A DNA stretch of 57,734 nucleotides from Chiloscyllium plagiosum (lineage: Eukaryota), in the NCBI RefSeq assembly GCF_004010195.1, contig NC_057754.1, forward strand, positions 11,357,886 to 11,415,619, written 5' to 3'. Shown piece by piece: positions 21,110 to 33,619 of this stretch (positions are counted from its first letter, which is position 1; the number at the start of each line of letters is the position of its first letter). The position numbers were made by a program, and so were the translations under genes. Below the pieces are notes generated by a model. The model saw only the letters and a list, made by a program, of their open reading frames with translations, had not been told where the DNA came from and made no database searches.

Positions 21110-23098
21110 TAATAGAGTAGTTATGGTCGGGGATGTTAACTTTCCAAACATCGACTGGGGCTGCCATAGTGTTAAAGGTTTAGATGGGGAGGAATTTCTT
21201 AAGTGTGTACAAGACAATTTTCTGATTCAGTATGTGGATGTACCTACTAGAGAAGTTGCAAAACTTGACCTACTCTTGGGAAATAAGGCAGGGCAAGTGT
21301 CTGAGGTGTCAGTGGGGTACCACTTTGGGGCCAGTGAGCATAATTCTATTCGTTTTAAAATAGTGAAGGAAAAGGATAGACCAGATCTAAAAGTTGAAGT
21401 TCTAAATTGGAGAAAGGCCAATTTTGACTGTATTAGGCAAGGACTTTCAAAAGCTGATTGGAGGCAGATGTTTGCAGGTAAAGGGATGGCTGGANNNNNN
21501 NNNNNNNNNNNNNNNNNNNNNNNNNNNNNNNNNNNNNNNNNNNNNNNNNNNNNNNNNNNNNNNNNNNNNNNNNNNNNNNNNNNNNNNNNNNNNNNNNNNN
21601 NNNNNNNNNNNNNNNNNNNNNNNNNNNNNNNNNNNNNNNNNNNNNNNNNNNNNNNNNNNNNNNNNNNNNNNNNNNNNNNNNNNNNNNNNNNNNNNNNNNN
21701 NNNNNNNNNNNNNNNNNNNNNNNNNNNNNNNNNNNNNNNNNNNNNNNNNNNNNNNNNNNNNNNNNNNNNNNNNNNNNNNNNNNNNNNNNNNNNNNNNNNN
21801 NNNNNNNNNNNNNNNNNNNNNNNNNNNNNNNNNNNNNNNNNNNNNNNNNNNNNNNNNNNNNNNNNNNNNNNNNNNNNNNNNNNNNNNNNNNNNNNNNNNN
21901 NNNNNNNNNNNNNNNNNNNNNNNNNNNNNNNNNNNNNNNNNNNNNNNNNNNNNNNNNNNNNNNNNNNNNNNNNNNNNNNNNNNNNNNNNNNNNNNNNNNN
22001 NNNNNNNNNNNNNNNNNNNNNNNNNNNNNNNNNNNNNNNNNNNNNNNNNNNNNNNNNNNNNNNNNNNNNNNNNNNNNNNNNNNNNNNNNNNNNNNNNNNN
22101 NNNNNNNNNNNNNNNNNNNNNNNNNNNNNNNNNNNNNNNNNNNNNNNNNNNNNNNNNNNNNNNNNNNNNNNNNNNNNNNNNNNNNNNTGACACCAAAATT
22201 GGAGGTGTAGTGGACAGCGAAGAGGGTTACCTCAGATTACAACAGGATTAGACCAGATGGGCCAATGGGCTGAGAAGTGGCAGATGGAGTTTAATTCAGA
22301 TAAATGCAAGGTGCTGCATTTTGGGAAAGCAAATCTTAGCAGGACTTCTACACTTAATGGTAAGGTCCTAAGGAGTGTTGCTGAACAAAGAGACCTTGGA
22401 TTCCAGGTTCATAGCTCCTTGAAAGTGGAGTCGCAGGTAGATAGGATAGTGAAGAAGGCGATGGGTATGCTTTCCTTTATTCGTCAGAGTATTGTGTACA
22501 GGAGTTGGGAGGTCATGTTGCGACTGTGCAGGACATTGGTTAGGCCACTGTTGGAATATTGCGTGCAATTCTGGTCTCCTTCCTATCGGAAAGATGTTGT
22601 GAAACTTGAAAGGGCTCAGAAAAGATTTGCAAGGATGTTGCCAGGGCTGGAGGATCTGAGCTACAGGGAGAGGCTGAACAGGCTGGGGCTGTTTTCCCTG
22701 GAGTGTCAGAGGATGAGGGGTGACCTTGTAGAGTTTTACAAAATTATGAGGGGCATTGATAGGATAAATAGACAAAGTCTTTTCTCTGGGGTTGAGGAGT
22801 CCAGAACTAGAGGGCATAGGTTTAGGGTGAGAGGGGAAAGATATAAAAGAGACCTAAGGGGCAACGTTTTCACACAGAGGGTGGTACGTATATGGAATGA
22901 ACTGCCAGAGGATGTGGTGGAGGCTGGTACAATTGTAACATTTAAGAAGCATTTGGATGGATATGGGAATAGGAAGTGTTTGGAGGGATATGGGCCGGGT
23001 GCTGGCAGGTGGGACTAGATTGGGTTGGGATATCTGGTCGGCATGGACAGGTTGGACCAAAGGGTCTGTTTCCATGCTGTATATCTCTATAACTCTAA
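21110..23098 (+). mobile_element. Young CR1/HER1-type LINE ORF2 spanning the assembly gap
   Basis: Endonuclease VGDVNFPNIDW..PTR..LDLLL..SEH before the gap; DTK..QMEFNSDKCKVLHFG..RPLLEYCVQFWSP..RTRGH..WNELP and the 3' tail after it. Confidence 0.9.
21495..22187. other. Assembly gap (693 N)
   Basis: Continuous run of N. Confidence 0.99.
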
Positions 23099-23799
23099 TT
23101 GGGGAAATGTTCCAAGTTCACTTCTGAAAGTTATTGTTGAATCTGCTTCCACGCGACATTCAGATAATATCATCCAAATCTTCAGAACTCACTGAGTAAA
23201 ATCATCTCCCCTCTTCCTCACCTGGATTTTTTGCCACATACTTTAAAAAATTGTGTTGTGTGGTTACCAATCATCTTGCAGTGGAAACAGTTTCTCCATA
23301 TATAGATGAAAGGTCCTAAAATATTTCCACACCTCAATAAAGTCACTTTTTAACTTTGTCTGCTTGAAAGCGTGACCTGAAACGTATGATCAGAAGCTCA
23401 TTTTGAAGTGAAATTTAACACAGAGATTGTGTGGTTGAGCCTCAGACATTTCCAGGGAGAGCGATGGACTTGGTAATTAAGGAACAGAAAGTGCAGTGGT
23501 GAGTGAAGACAATGACTTTGGTCTTCTCAATTTTCACTTGAAGAAAATTTCTGTTTGTCACGTGCGATAATCGGGTTAATAAATCTAGTATGAGGGAGAC
23601 AGGAGAGAAATTAGAGAATGAGATAAGTTAAGGATAGAAAGAAGAACTTCAGGGCAGTTTGGCCGGGCGAGCTCAGGGAAGGGAGGGACACAACAGAGGT
23701 AATTGATCAGATGATCTCACTCTGACTGACAAATAGCTCTTCACTTGTTGTTGGACTTGGGGTGGAGGAGATGGGAAAAAGAGGGAAATGGATCCTGTA

Positions 23800-24100
23800 A
23801 GTGAAGACGGTTTTAGTATAGAAGGGCAAAATGTGTCAGTGTAGGCTTGAAGGGCCTGTACTTGTGCTGGATTGTTCTTTGATGATGAAAGAATGTGATT
23901 TTGGTCCAAGTCGTGAGAGCGAAGTTGCATGCACCTACTGTCTCTGGCTTTCTAGGTGGTAGGGGCCATTGAGAAGGTTCTGTTGGAGGAGCCATGGTGA
24001 GTTACTGCAATGTGGATGGTACATATTTCTGCAACTGTGCGTCACTGATGAGGGGGTGAATGTTGAAGCTGATGGTTGGGGTGCCAATCTGGAAGGCTTT
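23800..24100 (-). mobile_element. Old LINE fragment (second family, C-terminal part)
   Basis: Resembles the reverse complement of 28660-28860 and of the 32740-32900 segment. Confidence 0.45.
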
Positions 24101-24915
24101 TGCAATTCACATATCTAACCTACTTGTAAAGTTCACATTTATATTTTGAGCTTACGTGAATGTTCTCTTTTCTCCTTTCATCAGGTTCTTGGTCACCCTC
24201 TATTAGATTGTCAATTACTCCCAATCTCCTACCTTGTCACTTTTGCTTGCAAACTTCCCAACCACTATTCGCTGCATATTTCTGTTGTCAAGGAATGCAA
24301 AATTGTTGTAAACTGTGCAGTATTACTTCAAATCTTCCATACTACCTAAATCATTTTGTGTATTTTTCCAATCCAACATGGCCAAATTGCCAGTTCAATC
24401 TTCATAATTTCCATTGTTCAGATTTAAGATCCTAATTCCAGAATGAAATGCATCACTTTGAAACTTGATTAAAAATTCCATTTTATGAAGGTTTCTAAAC
24501 AGCCAGGTTATTAATTACACTTCTCTGAACATAATACAAAACCTAAACCAAATTGAATACTACTTGGTCCTTCAATGTTCTGCTTCAGAAATGCTTCAGT
24601 ACAAACTGCAGAAATTCACCTTCCACAACATGCTGATCAGGTTCACCCAGTCTGTATTGGAATTGAAGTGACCCATTATTACCATATTACATACATTACA
24701 TGCACTTCTAGTTTAACCCATTATTGCCAAATTACTCAGGTTACATGCACACCTAATTTTCTGATTTATATTCAAAAGGAATTGTTCGGATTATTAAATA
24801 GATTCAGCAGCCTGTGCGTTCAATGCAAAATCCAAATACTTATATGTACGTTGGCATTATCACCTAAAATCTGGACTGGATGATTTAATATGTTTGTGAA
24901 CTGGATGTGATTAAC

Positions 24916-24999
24916 GGGCTTATGCCCAAAACATTGATTCTGCAGCTCCTCGGATGCTGCCTGACCTGCTATGCTTTTCCAGCACTACACTCTCGACTT
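24916..24999 (+). mobile_element. Penelope-derived short insert
   Basis: 14-bp TSD tggatgtgattaac (24902-24915 / 25000-25013). Confidence 0.85.
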
Positions 25000-25034
25000 T
25001 GGATGTGATTAACAGTAAATTACAGCTCCTGAAA

Positions 25035-25730
25035 TCACTCGTGGACTTGCTGCTGTCTCTGCTGGCGTGCCATGAGGTGGGATTTCTCAGTAAATCCTTT
25101 TCATTCAGTGGAGATGAATGACCACCCTCAGTGTGAACTCGCTGGCGTACACTGAGTTGAGTGAATGATCTGAACTGAGTCCCACAGTAAGTGTGCTGAA
25201 TAGTCTCTCATTGGTGTGAACACAGTTCATATAGCATCAATTCCCCCAGAACGTTTAAAACAGTTGCCTCATTCTGGACATTTAAAATGTCTCTCATCAG
25301 AATGAACACATTGATGGTGTTATCAGATCCCAGGATCGTGTATAATGATTCCCACAGTCTGTACATTTGAAAGGTGTCTCCCCAATGTGAAATCGCTGGT
25401 GTGTCAGTAGGTGGATTTTCTCAGTCAATCCCTTCTCACACATGGAGCAGGTGAACAGTCTCTCTCCGGTGTGAGTACGTTGGTGTGTCAGGAGGTGAAT
25501 TTTCTGAGTGAATTCCTTTCCATACTTGGAGCAGGTAAATGGTCTCTGTGAGAGCGAGTGCGCTGGTGTGCAGTGAGATGAGATGATCACCTGAACCCAG
25601 TTACACTGAGAACACCTGAGCCATCTATTGGCAGTGTGAACACATTGGTGTAACTTCAGCTCCTCAGGGCTTTTACAACTCTCCTAGAGTTTGAACAGTT
25701 GAAATGTCTCCCCTGAGTGTAACTCTTGTT
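25035..25730 (-). pseudogene. C2H2 ZNF pseudogene (5'-truncated)
   Basis: Fingers such as [14 protein letters not shown] and [11 protein letters not shown] interrupted by frameshifts and stops. Confidence 0.85.
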
Positions 25731-25789
25731 TGTAAATCTATTGATCTCTCTGCCTATAAATTCTGTACCTGTGTGTTTCTCTTCACTTC

Positions 25790-25876
25790 TTTGATGAAGG
25801 AGCAGTGATCCGAAAGCTTGTGATTTCAAAGAAATCTGTTGGACTATAACCTGACATTGTGTAACTTCTGACCTTG
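25790..25876 (+). mobile_element. Penelope-like terminal fragment of a second family
   Basis: ttgatgaaggagcagtgatccgaaagctt...ctgttggactataacctg, which includes a mutated hammerhead-like core. Confidence 0.6.
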
Positions 25877-25916
25877 CACTAACAAGGGTGAGCCTTCCTG
25901 TTAACTCTCTTTACAG

Positions 25917-26975
25917 GGTGTGAGGATTTACAGAAACTCCCACCTAACACAATAGTAAAGTCACACTTGGAAATGTGAAAGGAGGAAATCTTTTATGTTC
26001 TGAATGTGGGAAAAGATTTCAAACATCAAGGTAAATGGAGAACATACACAGGCAGGCACCAGTGGTTCCATTGCACTAACAACTGAAAAGAGCTCAAGGC
26101 AGTTGCAGTCTGAGAAAACATCACATGATTCACAAAGCAGAGAAATGAACAGATGTTCTCTGTGTGGAGAATTAATCATTGAACCAGGAAAGACTGATGG
26201 ATACCCACACTGTGGAGAAATTTTGGAAATGTATGGGTTGTGGGAAAGGATTCAAAAACCAGTTTGAATTAGAAACTCATTAATTCAGTCACAATGGGGG
26301 AGGCCATTAATTTGTTTTGAGTGCGTGAAGGGATTCACTCAGTCATCACACTAGCTACACCACTGAGTTCACACGGACAAGAGACCTTTTAAATATTTAA
26401 ACTGCTGGAACTTCCATAAAAGTTCCAGGGAACTATGCTTCATCAACATGTTCACTCTGATGAAAGGCCTTTTGTGTGTGCTCACTGTGGGACAGGGTTC
26501 AAGTGATTAGCTGATCTCCCTACATATCAGTGAATTCACACCTGGTGAGAAAGTGCTTTCCTCTCCCAAGCGGGGGAAGGGATATACCACATTATCCTGC
26601 CTGCAGATACACCCACAACTTCATTCTACAAAGAAGCTGTTCCCTGTCCTGATTGTGCCCGGGGTTTCACTAATTCACCTGCACTGCTGATATACCAGCC
26701 AATTCACACTGGGGAGAGGCCATTCACCTGCTCTGAATGTGGGAAAGGATTAATCAGTCAGCTATCTTGCTCAGACACCAGCAGGTTCACAATGAGGAGA
26801 GGCTGTTTACCCACTCGGAGAGTGGAAAAGGATCCACTCAGTCAGCCCCCCACCCTGCTCAGCCACCATCAGGTTCACATTGAGGAGAGGCTGTATACCT
26901 GCTCTGAATGTGGAAATTGATATATCCCATCATCCCACTTGCTCAGACACCAGGAGGTTCACAAAGGACTGGAGT
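25917..26975 (+). pseudogene. C2H2 ZNF pseudogene
   Basis: Acceptor ctctctttacag|G at 25916, EDLQ-type leader, then ~9 decayed fingers with multiple stops ([14 protein letters not shown] at ~26705). Confidence 0.85.
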
Positions 26976-27064
26976 GACTGAAATCATAGTCAGGACAAAA
27001 CCATTTTCATTTTGGTTCTCTTTCTGCCAATACTAATAAACTTCAGCCTAATTTTAGGGAATAA

Positions 27065-27136
27065 TGTTCTGGCTGAGAAACAACTGCATCAGCTTTGTGT
27101 TCTGGCTGAGAAACAGCTGCATCAGCTTTGTGTTCT
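27065..27136 (+). repeat. 33-bp tandem duplication
   Basis: tgttctggctgagaaacaRctgcatcagctttg x2, followed by tgttct. Confidence 0.9.
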
Positions 27137-27934
27137 ATACAGTGTGTTAAGTCTTTTTAATATTTCATTAGTTTCTCCCTCTCCTCCAACCACACCTTTA
27201 ACAACAAAATGCAAGGTCGTGAACATCTTCATCTCTGAGATTGAGACAATCTGATCAGTTGACCCATCTTGGGTACTTGTACCTTTGTGCCATTCAAGTA
27301 GGGAAGGAAATAGGAATGTAGTTGTGCTGGGAGCAGGAGAATCAGAGGGGCAGATACTCAAAAGGCAAGCAGGCCCTATTCACTCCAAGAACTGAATGCA
27401 ACAACTGTTGCTTGTTTTTTTTTCTCCTTTGCTTTTCCTATTGATCCATAAAAGTTAATGGTATCAATTGTCTGAACTGTTTCCAATACATGATGCTCCC
27501 ACAATGAACAATGACAAGGTCTAATGTTACACTGGGGAATGAGAAGTCCTCCTGGAGACAGGGCTCTGACATAGTCTTGTGCTGAGGATGGGTAGCCTGA
27601 TTCTTTTACTTGTCATTACTGCAACAATCAAACTGACACATAATGATGTAAAGTGGTAATGTATTTACAAATGTGACCCATACCATCCCAGCACCCTCAC
27701 AAACTTCCTGTGTCTTTTTTCACTCATGCCATGTACTGTGATGGGATCTTCCTGGCTGGCAGCAATTGAACTGATGTACAGCCTGGTTTTAAGTATGAAG
27801 CAGGTGGCTGAAATACGCTGGCAGCATTGGAGTCCTCAGTCACTGGTGAGATCTCACAGAGGCCTGTGGGGCATTTATATTAGGTGGACAGCAGAGAATT
27901 GTCTGAGGTAACTCACTAAAGCTCACAGAGAGAA

Positions 27935-28226
27935 ATTAGATTAAATTCCCAGCAGTGTGGAAACAGGCCCTTCAGTCCAACCAGTCCACACTGACTCTCC
28001 AAAGAGTAGCCCACCCAGACCCATTTCCCTCTGACTAATGCACCTAACACGATGGGCAATTTAGCATGGCCAAGTCACCTGACCTGCACATCTTTGGACT
28101 GTGGGAGGAAACCCACGCAGACAGGGGGAGAATGTGCAAACTCCACACAGTGGTCTGAGACTGGAATCGAACCTGGGACCCTGATGCTGTGAGGCAGCAG
28201 TGCTAACCGCTGAGCCACAATGCTAC
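27935..28226 (-). mobile_element. HE1-type SINE
   Basis: Same structure as 3651-3970. Confidence 0.9.
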
Positions 28227-28289
28227 CCAATGAATGCTCTATGAAACTCTCAGAAATGGACACCAGGCAGATTTGGTGTAAAATTGAGC

Positions 28290-28600
28290 CTGTTGTTTCC
28301 TCTTGTGCCTGGGTACATCCAGAACTAGAGGGCACTGGTTTAAAATTAGAGTTGCCCTTTCAGTAACAAGAGGGAGGAGAAGTTTTTATCTGGAACGGTT
28401 GAGTGAATTTGGGACTCTGTCTAAGTGGGTGAATATTTTTAAGGCAGAGGTAGTAGCTATTTTTGTTTTGCATTGGGATCAAGGATTATTGGGAGGAGAT
28501 GGGAATGTGGAATTTGGAGCAGAAGACGATGAGCAATGATCTTATTGATTAGTAGAACAGGCTTGAAGGTCCCAGTGACCTATACCTTCTCCTAATTCAT
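28290..28600 (+). mobile_element. Old CR1-like 3' fragment
   Basis: SRTRGH.FKIR motif in ORF 28303-28539. Confidence 0.6.
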
Positions 28601-30239
28601 ATTTTAGTAGGAAGCTGGGAACCTGGCAGTGAGAAACTCACCTTCTGGCTACTAAGCAACAGCAGTATATACTATCCACTGGATGCAGAACAGCAACTGA
28701 CTATGGCTCCTTCGACAGAAATTTCCAATCCCATGACCTCAAACATCTAGAAAGATAAAGGCAGCAGACACAGAGGAATACCTCTGCTGCAATGTCTCCT
28801 CCAAGTCGCACAGCATTCTGACTTGGAAAAAAATCCTCTTTCCTTCACTATTGCCAGGATAAATATGTAAGGCTCACTGCTTAATTAATCACCTATTTCA
28901 GGCTGAAGACCAATTAATACATTTGATTAATTACAAGATGTTGTCTTCAGTTAAATGTTAATCTCAAAATGGCTTCCTTCACCTGGTGAGATTATTTAAG
29001 TAAAACCTAAACGTAGCTATTGAGAATATATTGAAGTTATACTGAAATGCATCCTGAAGATCTTTGCCTATCTCCCCCCAACATTGTCCTGGTATCTCTG
29101 GTAGTGGCCAGATTATTAAATAAAGTTCACTTCAAAAGTGCATAGTCAAGGATACAAACATCTCTACAACAAACTATCAACTTATTAGTCCCTCCTACAC
29201 TTTCACTAGAATGTCCACCAGCAACATGATGCTTTATTCTATTGCATCATATCCAAGGTGAATTATTCCAATTGCCATTCAAGTGCTGCGTGCTTTTCCT
29301 TAACTTTGTCTCCCAATCTTCATCACTCCTTTTCACACAATTATGCACATACTGGTATAGTTACCGTTGCGAACAATGGAGAACAATGACTGTCCAATGC
29401 TGACAATCCCTTTCAAACAGAATTCAAACATTCCCATCCGATTCTGAAACACAATAACATAATGTGTTTGCTTATTGTTTATTTTATTTGGCATTGATGA
29501 CTTAACAGTACCAAAGTCAATGGTGCCTGGAATTGTTTTTTTATGAATATTAACCCAAAAACATCTTTTAAAAATCTGTAGGCAATTATTCCTTCAAACA
29601 AACCTTTTTGAAATCCAGGAGCTACTTGAACTGTTTATTAATTGTTCTTGTTATTTTTTGATTATCCCTTTAAACTTCAGCTCAATTTCCCTTTGAAAGG
29701 TTTAATAAGAGACTCACATCAATTTACATTTCAGACCAATTCTGTCCACATTTGGTGGTTTCAAATGATGCCTCTACATCAGAGACAGAACAACTTGCCA
29801 TTAATTTAGAGGTAACTTTCAAACCTTCTGTTCTCAAGCATTTCGTCTTGAATGAGAGCAAATGGCCTGAATAGTTAAGGCCAAGTCATTGAACAACAAA
29901 GTGTTTTTAGTCTTATCAGCACCAGGTTGTGATGTTTGATGTCTGTAGTTTACTTTGTGATTTAATAAAAAAGTTCCACTACTCCAGCTGCAGAATCAGC
30001 TCTTGTGCTGCTCTGCAAAGCATTGTACCCTGTTTAAAAACACACATCCACTTGGTTTTGACCAAGAGCCCAATGGGTGAACATGGCCATGAAAATAACC
30101 AAAGGTGTAAGAGCAAGAATAATGTTCAAACAGTCAGTAGTAATACGATGGACTGAATGGCCTCCTTCTATACCATAACAATTCTGTCATACAAAAGTGT
30201 CAGATCTGAAATAATCTGGAGTAATTATGTGGTATTAAT

Positions 30240-30680
30240 GTTCAGTGGTTCCAACCTCATCTCTGTCTCAGAATGTTGAGAGTTCAAATATCCCATCTGG
30301 ACTCTTCACTGTAAAATCACAGCTGATATACTGGTGCAGGACTGAGGGAGCACTGCACTATCCTGTCTTTGGGAGGAAATCTTTAGCTGAAGCGCCACAT
30401 CTGTCCTCACAGGTGGGCTTAAAAGATCCCATGAAGTTATTTCAAAGAGGAGAACAGATCTCTCAGTTTTACTGTTTAATATGCATCCCTTAATAATCAT
30501 TCCTGAAAGAGTGTCTGTCATAGCCATGTTTCTGTTGTCAACTCTGCTCCCCAAACATGCTACCTGACCTTCTGAGTATTTCCAGATTCTTATTTCTGTT
30601 TGTAAGAGTTTGTTGCACACAATTTAGCTGCTGTACCTCCAACAACAGTGGCTGCACTTCACAAGGACTTCACAGGTTAG
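30240..30680 (+). mobile_element. Deu-domain SINE (SacSINE1/AmnSINE1-related), with a ~70-bp Penelope-like interruption
   Basis: gactgagggagcactgcact...caggtgg..taaaagatcccatg...tttcaaagaggag and ...gctgctgtacctccaacaacagtggctgcacttca match the Deu-domain as recalled; tRNA-like head gagttcaaat at ~30280. Confidence 0.7.
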
Positions 30681-30855
30681 TAACGGCATATCTCTCAGTC
30701 TCCTCTAATCGGAGAGAAATCAGGGACACAAACTCTGAATCTTATGTGATTAATAACAGGACAATTAAACAAAGGTCCAATTAAACAGAACATTCAAACC
30801 CCAACCATCAGAGTAAACACGGTTCAGTCCTGGGTGTAGTAACAGCAGAATATAA

Positions 30856-32157
30856 TCACATATGACCTCGCTGGTGTCTCAGACGTGTGGATGAATCATT
30901 AAATCCTTTACCACACACAGAGCAGGTGAATGGTCTCTCTCCAGAATGAGTTTGCTGGTGTTTCATCAAATCATTGCTGCTTCTAAAGCTCTTCTCACAC
31001 TCACAACATTTAAATGGTCTCTCATCAGTGTGAACAAGTCCATGTCTGCTGAGATTGGAGGACCGAGTGAATCCCTTCCCACACACAGAGCAGGTAAAAG
31101 GTTTCTCCCCAGTGTGAATACGCTGGTGCTCACTCAGTACAGATGACCGAGTGAATCCCTTCCCACACTCGATGCAGGTGTATGGTCTCTCTCTCGTGTG
31201 ACCACGCTGGTGTATCAGAAGCTGTGCTGATTTAATAAATCCCTTCCCACACACAGAGCAGATGAATGGTCTCTCTCCAGTGTGAACATGCCTGTGATAA
31301 GTGAGGTGGGAAGAACAAGTGAATCCCTTCCCACATATGGAGCAGGTGAATGGTTTCTCCCCACTGTGAACACGTCGATGTTTAGTGAGGCTGGATAACT
31401 GACTGAAGCTCTTTCCACACTGAGAGCAGATGAATGGTCTCTCCCCAGTATGGGATGGCTTATGCGACCTTAGGCTGGATGATGATGTGAATCCCCTCCC
31501 ACACACAGAGCAGGTAAAAGGTCTCTCTCCAGTGTGAACTCGACTGTGTGACCTTAGGCTGGATGATGATGTGAATCCTCTCCCACACACAGAGCAGGTA
31601 AAAGGTCTCTCTCCAGTGTGAACTCGACTGTGTGACATTAGGATGGATGATGAAGTGAATCCCCTCCCACACACAGAGCAGATGAATGGTCTCTCTCCAG
31701 TGTGAACCCGATTGTGTAACATTAGGCTGGAGCGTGAAGTGTATGCCTTCCCACACACTGAGCAGATGAAGCTTCTCTCCCCGTGGTGAAGACGTTTGTG
31801 TGACATTAGGCTGGATCCCCAAGTGAATTCCTTCCCACATGTGGAACAGCTGAATGATTTCTCCCCTGTGTGAACAGGTCGATGTTGAATTAGACCTTTT
31901 GAACTTTTAAAGCTTTTCCCACAGTCAGAGCATTTAAAAGGTCTCTTGTCACTGTGAACCCACTGGTGTGACACGAGGCTGGATGAGCGAGCAAATCCCT
32001 TCCCACACACGGAGCACATGAATGGTCTCTCCCCAGAGTGTCTGCGTCGATGAGCTTCCAGTTGACCTGGATATTTGTATTCCTTCCCACAATCCACACA
32101 TTTCCACGGTTTTTCCATGGTGCTGATCTCTTGGCATCTCTCCAAATTGGTTGACAT
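30856..32157 (-). CDS. Tandem C2H2 zinc-finger protein, 15 fingers
   Basis: 433-aa ORF; alternative start MEKPWKC at 32118 (caccATGG); acceptor catttcacag|A at 32446/32445. Confidence 0.9.
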   Translation of the reverse strand: MSTNLERCQEISTMEKPWKCVDCGKEYKYPGQLEAHRRRHSGERPFMCSVCGKGFARSSSLVSHQWVHSDKRPFKCSDCGKSFKSSKGLIQHRPVHTGEKSFSCSTCGKEFTWGSSLMSHKRLHHGERSFICSVCGKAYTSRSSLMLHNRVHTGERPFICSVCGRGFTSSSILMSHSRVHTGERPFTCSVCGRGFTSSSSLRSHSRVHTGERPFTCSVCGRGFTSSSSLRSHKPSHTGERPFICSQCGKSFSQLSSLTKHRRVHSGEKPFTCSICGKGFTCSSHLTYHRHVHTGERPFICSVCGKGFIKSAQLLIHQRGHTRERPYTCIECGKGFTRSSVLSEHQRIHTGEKPFTCSVCGKGFTRSSNLSRHGLVHTDERPFKCCECEKSFRSSNDLMKHQQTHSGERPFTCSVCGKGFNDSSTRLRHQRGHM

Positions 32158-32739
32158 GTTGAATCCTTGTTCATAAATGCAATGTGTGCACAGTTTCTCT
32201 GCTCTGTGGATATTTTTTCAGATTGGTAACTGGATGATGTTAAATAATTTTTGCAGTTAGTTCACTAGAACATTCACACTTAGGTGTGTTTGCATGTTGG
32301 CACTTTACAACCCACACTGATGTTTGAAACCTTTTCCCACAGACATACCAGGTAATCGTGTTCCCAGGGAATTGAATGGCACTGTTAGATCTTGATATTG
32401 TGTTCAATTTGACTTCCCATCTTCAATGTCTTTCTTTCTATTGCTCTGTGAAATGATTTACAAACATTATGATTGTCTGTACACAGTAAAATCTCAGAAC
32501 AAACACATCCAATTTCTGAGAAACATTCTTTCTCTATTGCAATCCCTCCAAACATATGATCCATAATACAAGAGTGAAAACCACTCCTACACACAAAAGG
32601 ACCATTCCTGATTAAACCAGATTGATGTCCCCAGTGTCGTTGAGACATTGGGTACCCTGAGGTGCCAACTTGTCGTGGGAGGTACATAGCCCACAGGGGG
32701 ACACCACAAGCTCCCTGTCCTCACACAAGAGAGATGATA

Positions 32740-33310
32740 CCCTTTGCTGCTACTGTGCATCAATGGTAAAGAAAGTGAATGGTGAAGGTGATGGGTAACC
32801 AACAGGGATGTTTTGTCCCACATGGTGTCAAGCTTCTTGAGTGTTGTTAAAGCTGCATCCATTCAGGTAAGTGGAGTGCAATTCATATCACACCTGACTT
32901 AGGTTTTGCAAATGGTGGACAGATGTTGGACAGTTACAAAGTGAATTTCTCACTGCAAGATCTCTAGCCTCTCCCCTGTTCTTGCAGCAACTGTATTTAT
33001 ATGGTTAATCTGGTCAATGGTAACCTCCAGGATGCTGATAGTCGAGGATTCAACAATGGTAATGCCACTGAATGTTAAGGAGTGATACTCCAATTCTCTA
33101 TTGTTGAAGATGGTCATTGCCAGACACAAATGTGACATGCATGTTACTTGCTGCTTATGCTGATCTTGGAAGCTTCATACATGCACTATCTCAGTATCTG
33201 AGCCATCACAAATGATGTAATCATCTGTCAACATCGGAAGGGAAAGATATTGATGAAGCAGCTGAAGTTGGTTGGGCCAAGGACTCTACCCTCAGGAACA
33301 CTACTCTGGC
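32740..33310 (-). mobile_element. LINE RT fragment (same family as 4150-6084)
   Basis: Reverse complement carries VPEGRVLGPTNFSCFINIFP and LTFSGITIVESSTISILEVTIDQ. Confidence 0.75.
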
Positions 33311-33619
33311 TAAGAGAGTCTGGATTCTTAAGTTAAACCTACTCCAGAGATGTGGTCATAACACATCAGAACAGGTTCGCTAAAAAACCCATTCAGTGAA
33401 ATCCTGGGATTAATGTGGTCTTCTGTTTGTTGCAAATATAACATGTGGGTGAAGCTATCGCCAAGGAAGCTGCACCTCCTGGGTTCTGAAGAAGATGCAC
33501 AACAGAATGGAATCGTTAACTCTGTCGTTTCTGTGTCTCTGTCGCACCACAGATGCTGCCAGACCTGCTGACTTCCTCCGGCACTTTCTGGTTTAATCTC
33601 AGATTTCCAGCATCTGCAA

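Noticed and set aside
21123-22251. Long ORFs of 355, 275 and 249 aa
   Set aside because: Artefacts of translating through the N gap; the flanks are CR1 ORF2.
27065-27136. CRISPR-like 33-bp repeat
   Set aside because: Two adjacent copies with no spacer, in vertebrate DNA: a simple tandem duplication.
30856-32157. PRDM9 or KRAB-ZNF identity for the finger genes
   Set aside because: No SET, KRAB or SSXRD sequence is seen in the window; no gene symbol is supportable.
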